Positions 56,301 through 64,000 of a DNA stretch of 64,000 nucleotides are shown here, piece after piece (position 1 is the stretch's first letter; each line of letters opens with the position of its first letter). The notes below the pieces were generated by a model. It was not told the origin of the DNA and did no database searches. It was given only the letters and a program-made list of their open reading frames with translations. The DNA is from Lama guanicoe. Its lineage: Eukaryota. Made by a program: the position numbers and the translations under genes. The DNA is taken from positions 8,517,957-8,581,956 of the forward strand of contig MU053881.1 of the NCBI GenBank assembly GCA_013239625.1, written 5' to 3'.

Positions 56301-57659
56301 AAATAAAACTAGACAGCACACGGGGAAGCCAACACTTACAAAAAGGTAAGGGTCCCCAGAGAGTCCATTCCAGTGAGTATCTTTTGAATAAATGAAAAAT
56401 TTCAGGCCCCATGTGACAGTACGCCCGACGGCCACCTTCGGTTTAGGGGCTGCAACGTCCCCGCCATGAGCTCAGGAAGCAGCTGACGGAAAGGATGCGC
56501 CCCGGGTGACTGAACCCACGTGACACCGCACTGCCCCTTCCTCCAACTGCGCCCCTGCAATTTCCAGGAGGTACTTTTATTTCATTCACTAAACAATTTA
56601 TGAATTGAATTAAAAGAAATGAGATGCAAATAAATTCCAGGCTTTCTCCCTCATTTTCAAATTACATTTTCAGTCCACTCAACCTGTTATAATCTCATAG
56701 TGATTTTCATTTAAGAGAGCTAAATGGATATGTGATTATTGTTACAGGAACTAACAGCAGACAATTAAATGTTGAGGTGTTGATAGATAAAGCTGTGTTT
56801 CGATTTGCATAAACACGATGCCAGCAAATCTAACCCTGGCAGAAATTCAGTTATGAGACGTGCCTGCCTAACTTCTGCTAATTGCCACAAGTACCATTAT
56901 TAAGATTTTTTAATATTCAGAGTTGGGATGGTAGCCATTTTATTTGAGGGCCACATTTATCTTTATTTTGAAAACTTAGTCAAAAAAGGCACGGCTGCTA
57001 CTTAATAATCAAGTTGCACCGTGCAGTGTATCAAAAATCAATTACGCAGCCCTGAAATCCACTCATTAAGGATCTAGCTGCTAATCTCATTTCATTTTTG
57101 TCTTTAGGAAGACACTGCAGTTTGCAAACTTCGCAGATACCAGCAGAGGAAGAAAAACACGCGAGACTGCTGATAACCTCATGTGGAGCATTAAACTCCA
57201 ACTAGACAGACAAAGGCGGAATCGGAATACGGAGTGGCCTGGCTCTGCATGGAGGGCACCCGGGCTGGATTCCAGTCCAGTGCCACGGCGGAAGTTCTGT
57301 TGACGGTAAGCCTTCTAGTCTCGGGGATGCCAAAGGATTTTGTTAAACCCTGCCGTATTCCTGGTGACCATCTCAATGATTTTATTAATTTACTGATTAT
57401 TGGCTGCTGCCCCTCCCCGCCCCGCCCCGCCCGCTAAACAGCAGGCGGGCAGGGATGCTGTTTGGCGCACCTTGTAGCTCCAGTGCATTGCACAGCATCT
57501 GGATCCTCGGAGGGAGCTAGCTGGTCATCAGATGGGTGCTGAGTCTGATGAAGACCGGGAGCCCTAGGATCCTCCCCTGGGGCACGGGTTAGCATGGCGG
57601 TAAGACTCGCAGCCCCTCTCGGCGCCACACGGACGACCGTCGATCTAATCAGGGAGGTG

Positions 57660-57890
57660 TGAGGGCTGGTGGTTAAGAATCCTGGTCAGCGAGCCTGACA
57701 GGAAGATGGAACTGGTGCTGAGTCCTGGCTTTGCCACTTTGCCACTTTGCCCCCGAGCAGGTTAGTTATTTAGCTCCTCAGAGACTCTGTTTCCTCAACT
57801 GAACGACGGAGCTACGAATGCCTACCCCCACAGGGCTGCTGAAGGTAAGATGATACAAGAAAAGCACGGAACACAGTGCTTGCATCATAA
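57660..57890 (+). mobile_element. MIR SINE
   Basis: gtggttaagaatcctgg...ctggctttgccactt...ctctgtttcctcaactg...cagggctgctgaagg. Confidence 0.7.
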
Positions 57891-58493
57891 ACGTTATATA
57901 TTGGTTTTGAAAGATGTCACTTCACTTGTGGGGAAGTGACCTAGTCTGGGAAAGCTAGGGTTGGTTAAAACGTCCTGCTGCAGCTTGCTTGCTGCGTCCT
58001 CCTGGGAAGCCTTCCCTGACCCCCGCAGGCTGGATGAGGGCCCCTCTTCTGGGATGCCGTCAAGCCCTGGGTGTTCCTCTATCTTCTCACTGAACCCATT
58101 GGATTGGCCTGAGTTTACAGCCTCTCCTGGACTGTCTGTCAACACCTTGAGTGTGTGAGTGTGAAGAGCACATTATAAAACTCTCATTCGTCTAGTATCC
58201 AGCAAGTCGCCCAGCACACAGTAGGCACGGGCACCCACTGATTGGCCAAGCTGGTCAAACAGTGCAGGCTGAGGGAGATGGTACGCGTGAAAGGAAGACC
58301 AAAGGGCGCTCTAGTTAGAGTTGAAGGTAGATCCCCACTTTTTCTGGTCCTCGGAAATGGAGAACGTCTTCCCCGAGGTCTGAGTCCCAGAGGGACAGGA
58401 CTCCCGTGTCTCCTCCCGGGAAGAAAGGCGCGGTGGCGGCTCGGGAACCGGGCGGTTTCCTCAGCGCCTGAGGAAAGCGTGTGGCCCCTCCTA

Positions 58494-58817
<324 letters not shown>

Positions 58818-59751
58818 TCATAAGAGAACAGAGCCCCTATTTTTGTAGGTTTCCATGGTGCTCTGCAGCTGTCAGTCTAAGGCTGCCTTCAATTAGCACA
58901 CGTACAATGTTAAGGTGTGTAGCAGAGATGCTACTGATCCGTGGAAAGAAAAACATTATTAATATGTGGCACTCCAGAAATAATTATGCTGTGATATTTT
59001 TCTTTTACTCACTGAAGACTATTAATAGTGCATTTAAACAGATAAAGATGTCTGCTGCCTACACAGTTTGTGTCAATCAAATCTCTGATTTTTAACATAT
59101 AGACGTTTTAGCTGAACTGGGGGGGAAAAAAAGAAAACTACTTAATATTAGTTTTTCCCTCTTGCCCACCATCTAACCTGCGGTTGATGGTCTCCCACAG
59201 GTCAGATCCACTGCAAATCCAGTCTTGGTTGGGTTCTTCAAGAAAAGAAACGGAAAAAGCAACCTTCCTGCCCGTCATGTGTCTGTCTCTACGAGGATGC
59301 CCCCTCCACTCAAGAGAAGCACGAGGTAGACTGAGCCAGTGGGCGCTGATAACATGTGCTTATCTTCCCAAATGGACTCTACAGTAGTCGGTCAGACTTC
59401 TGACCTTTTTTTCCCTTTATCGAAAAGTTCCAGGAAGCAAATGTGAGGCAGAGACGCCTGTGCCTGTTACAGGTAGGCTGCGTCCTGCTCAGGCAAAGGC
59501 GCCCAGCTGGTCTGGCCCCGGACTTGCTGGCTTTTGGAGTTGTGAGCCCGTGTGTACCTGTCACTCCTGCGACTGCAGCCGCCGTGCAGAAAGACAAACA
59601 TCTACATCATTAATCATCTGGCAGAGCAGAAATAGAGTCATTGAAACAGGCTCTGTCGTGGGATAACAGTCCAGAAATGTCACCATTTATCTACTGAGAG
59701 GACGCTTTTAGCCTCTGACGATGGGCTGGCCCACTGACATTCTATCTTAAT

Positions 59752-60522
<771 letters not shown>

Positions 60523-62529
60523 TTAGCAGCAGCTACTAACCCTCAGCGCCACACGTGGGACAGACTCACAGGGCCACAGAAAGAGAAGCACTGGGAGGTG
60601 GCAGCACGCCGAGGCTCCTGTCAGTCACAGGCACCAAAACCTCCACCTGGGGAATGTAAATGGATGCAGCCACTACGGAGATTCATTAAAAGGCAAAAAT
60701 TGAGTTCCCACATGATGGAGAGCCCCTCTCAATGCACACGGTACCACCACTGACAACAGGAAACCGGGAAACAAGCTGCGTGTCCACCGGCAGATGACAG
60801 AGGGAGAGTATCTGTATTCCCGAGTCACTGTGCTGTACACCTGACGTTAACACAACACTGTACATCAACTACACTTCAGTACCAAAACCCCTCTAAGCTG
60901 CCCAGAGAAACGGCGATCCTCTTTACCACCCCCTCAGGCAGGGTGTACTTAATTACACTTTGCCAAGTCGGTGAGAGCAAGCGACTTTACGCTGGTCACT
61001 TCACGTATGTGTTCCACGGAGCCACGAAGTTAAACTTCCTAAAAATGATCGCTTTCCTTATGTCGCTTCTCTGCAGAAGTAACTGTACCGTTTCCCCAGT
61101 GGTTGCTCAATCAAATGAAAACCTGGCATTTGAGACTACCCATGCTCTCGGTCTTCCACACTCACTCAGCCTGGGCCAAATGCCACCTCCGTGCCATGGA
61201 GCAAGCTCAGCAGCCTGGCCGCCTGTAACCATTCCTCAGGTCCCGTGCTCTGAGCAGCCGTCGCTGAGCGTTTTCCTAAGTCCTCAGCAGCCAGGTCTCA
61301 GTACACACCAGTGGTGAGTTCTGCAGCCTGCGAGCAGGCCCTCCTTTCTGTAGCAGTGTCATCTTTACTCTGACAGGGCGTGGGTTTATTTTTTCCACCT
61401 CCTTTAGCAAGAAGCCCTCCCGTTCCTCTTGCTGGAACATGTCTGCACCCTGGAAGATGCTTTGGATTCAGAAGCCTGGCCCTCCTTCTGCCCTAGGAAA
61501 GAGAAGGAGACTCGCTCCAAGGTCTGCGTGTGGAGGACCTTGAGCGTGACCAGGTGAGACTTGTTACTGGAGAAGGGAGGCCAGCAGAGCGAGGAACGCG
61601 TTTTGCTTTCAGGGTTAGAAAGGAGGAAAAGCTGCTCAACGTCTGGCGTGTGACCTCCCCCCGCCCCAAGTCTGCGCAGGGACAAGGCTGGCAGGTTTGG
61701 AGCGATGAAGACTTCAGAAGCCTGTACCGGATGCGAGGGTAGAGAGGTTTCTGTGACCAGAACTGCTGGACTTTGTCACTCAGTGCCCAGGACAACAAAA
61801 GCAAATGTGCAGGGTGTGTGGGAAGTGTTTCTGGAATAAAGGACTGCAGACCTGGCTCAGGACTTTCAGCGATGGGAGGAGAGTTGCTCCTGAGGTGAAC
61901 TGGAAAGAGCTGAGCTCTGCAGATCAGATCTGGAGTCTGAGAGTGGAACTACAGTAAGCTGAGAAGCCAGTTGGGCAAAGGCAGTGGGGAAGGGGAGCCA
62001 AGTGTGAGCAGGAAACCCAGCAAGCTCAGGGGCCCGGCTCTGCCCCCCCCCCCGCCCCATCAGCTGCCCAGGCAGTAAACCTTGGTGGTGGTACCACTAG
62101 CAACACAGACAAGACACAGGCCCCACCGCCCAGTCAAAGGGGCTCCCCCATGCCTTCTTCACTGTTAAACTACCTCGCAAACAGCAGTGTCATGATGTTA
62201 CTTACAAATACAAATCAGAAGCACCGAAAGGCTCACTGACCAAAGATTCAGTAAGCGACGATTTATGCATCGAGCAGAAACCTACGAAGCCGTCCAAACT
62301 GATGGCGTGGATTGCTAAGTACTGGCCTGAAAAAAATTCATATATTGTTGAGTCGAAAGTGTACTTTCGGTAGGGCTAAAAATATGAGTATATGAAGAAG
62401 AAACGGACAATACAGACGTCCCAACGTTAAGGGTGGTTTTCCTGCGTTTTTGGTATGTTCCTGTATCTTAAGAATTATTTGTACCCAATATGCCTTACTT
62501 TCCTGTTTTATAACCAAAAACAAAAGTAT

Positions 62530-64000
62530 TTAAAAATGAGAACAGATGAAGCCCAAAATTAAGAGAAGGAAGAGCACTTAAGTAAATTAAATAAAACTGA
62601 AAAAAAAATAGCAAAGAGTCACTGAAACCAAGAGCTGGTCAATTGACAAACCCTTAGCTAGACTTAACAAGAAAAACAAAATCTGAAATGAAAGGGAAAA
62701 AAATCACAATTGCGACCCACAAAAATATAAAAGATCGTAAGGGTGCTATGAACAATCAGGTACCAGCACATGGACGGCAGGGAAGAAGTGGCTCAATGTC
62801 TAGAAACACACAACATACCAGGATTGAGTAAGGAACAAATGAAAAAATCTGAACAGACTAATCACTAGGAGGAAGACCGAACCGGTAATCAATCAAAAAG
62901 CTCCCACCGAACAAAAGTCCAGGATCACCCGGCTTCACTGGCAAATTCTACTAAGTAACATTCAAGGAAGAATTAATACCAACCCTTCCGAAAAATAAAG
63001 AGGAGGAAATACTCTAAAGTCATTTTACAAGGCCAGCATTACCCTTATACCAAAACCAGACAAGGACACCACAAGAAAAAAAAAATTAAAAGCCAGTATC
63101 TCTCCACATAAATCAAAAATCCTCAACAAAATATTAGCAGACTAAATTCAACAGTACGTTAAAAGGCACATACACCATGATCAAGGGAGGGTTCATTCCA
63201 GGGACGCAAGGTGGTTCCCATCTGCCAGCCAGTCAGCGTGAAACACCACAGGAATAAAAGGGAGGAGACAAACCACGTGATCCTGCCAAGAGATGCAGAA
63301 AAAGCATCTGACAGAACTCAACGTCCATTTATGAGAAAAACACTCAACAAAGTGCGTGTAGAGGGAACATACCTTGACATAATAAAGGCCATATATGACA
63401 GGCCCACAGCTAACATCATACTCAATGGTAAAAGGCTGAAAAATGTCCCTCTAAGACCAGAAACAAGACAAAGGATGCCACCTTTTTCAACAAAGTATTC
63501 GAAGTCCAACCCAGAGCAACTGGGCAAGAAAAAAAGGCATCTAAATTTAAAAAGGTAGAAGTTAAACTGTCACTATATATAAAAATAGATTTAAAATAAT
63601 TTCTTCTGTATAGCACATGGAACCATATTTAATATCTTGTAATAACTTCTTTTAATGAAAAAATATGAAAACAAATATACGTATGTATATGCATGACTGG
63701 GACATTGTGCTGTGCACCAGAAATCAACACACTGTAACTGACTGTACTTCAACTGAAAAAAAAAAAGTTAAACTGTCATTATTTGTAGATGACATCATAG
63801 GTACATAAAACTCTAAAAACACCACCAAAAAAACCCTGTCAGAACTAATAAACAAATTCAGTACAGTTGCAGGATACAAAATCAATATACAAAAAAAAAA
63901 TCTGTTGCTTTTCTATATATATTAATAACCAACAACCAGAAACAAATTTTAAAAAATTTATAATTGCATCAAAAGAATAAGACACTAGGTATAAATTTAA
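62530..64000 (+). mobile_element. Degenerate L1 ORF2 region, running off the window
   Basis: aaagtccaggatcacccggcttcactggcaaattcta...; remnant DAEKASDRTQRPFMRKTLNK...YLDIIKAIYDRPTANIILNG. Confidence 0.92.
63576..63764 (+). mobile_element. Younger L1 3'-end fragment nested within the older L1, with a 17-bp TSD
   Basis: ctgtatagcacatggaacc...ctgtacttcaactgaaaaaaaaaa flanked by aagttaaactgtca(c/t)ta at 63559-63575 and 63765-63781. Confidence 0.88.

Overview
This is mammalian nuclear genomic DNA, most likely camelid (alpaca/camel), judged from four copies of a tRNA-derived SINE matching my recollection of the camelid vic-1 family. It is the TENM2-WWC1 junction, with both genes on the minus strand. 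The last six coding exons of teneurin-2 (60502->26402; about 1071 aa covering the YD/RHS shell, Tox-GHH domain and TCAP-2) have GT-AG boundaries with consistent phases. They are followed by a ~1.35 kb 3'UTR, ~20 kb of intergenic DNA, and the CpG-island first exon of WWC1/KIBRA (ATG at 3990, first WW domain) running into intron 1. The rest is L1, L2, MIR, LTR and hAT relics. No new protein-coding system is supported; the other ORF-track entries are spurious or are repeat fragments. The most unusual signals are: (1) a TSD-flanked U6-L1 chimeric retrocopy that also seems to carry a 3' transduction; (2) a ~335-nt mini-L1 made of only an L1 5' end and 3' end; (3) local AT->GC sweeps, suggestive of GC-biased gene conversion, that turned old repeats into a CpG-rich patch and appear to have driven clustered amino-acid changes in TENM2; (4) a ~160-bp intronic sequence copied in inverted orientation into an L2 1.4 kb away; (5) a near-perfect 232-bp tandem duplication. 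Repeat family names and human-orthologue comparisons are from memory, and repeat boundaries are approximate.
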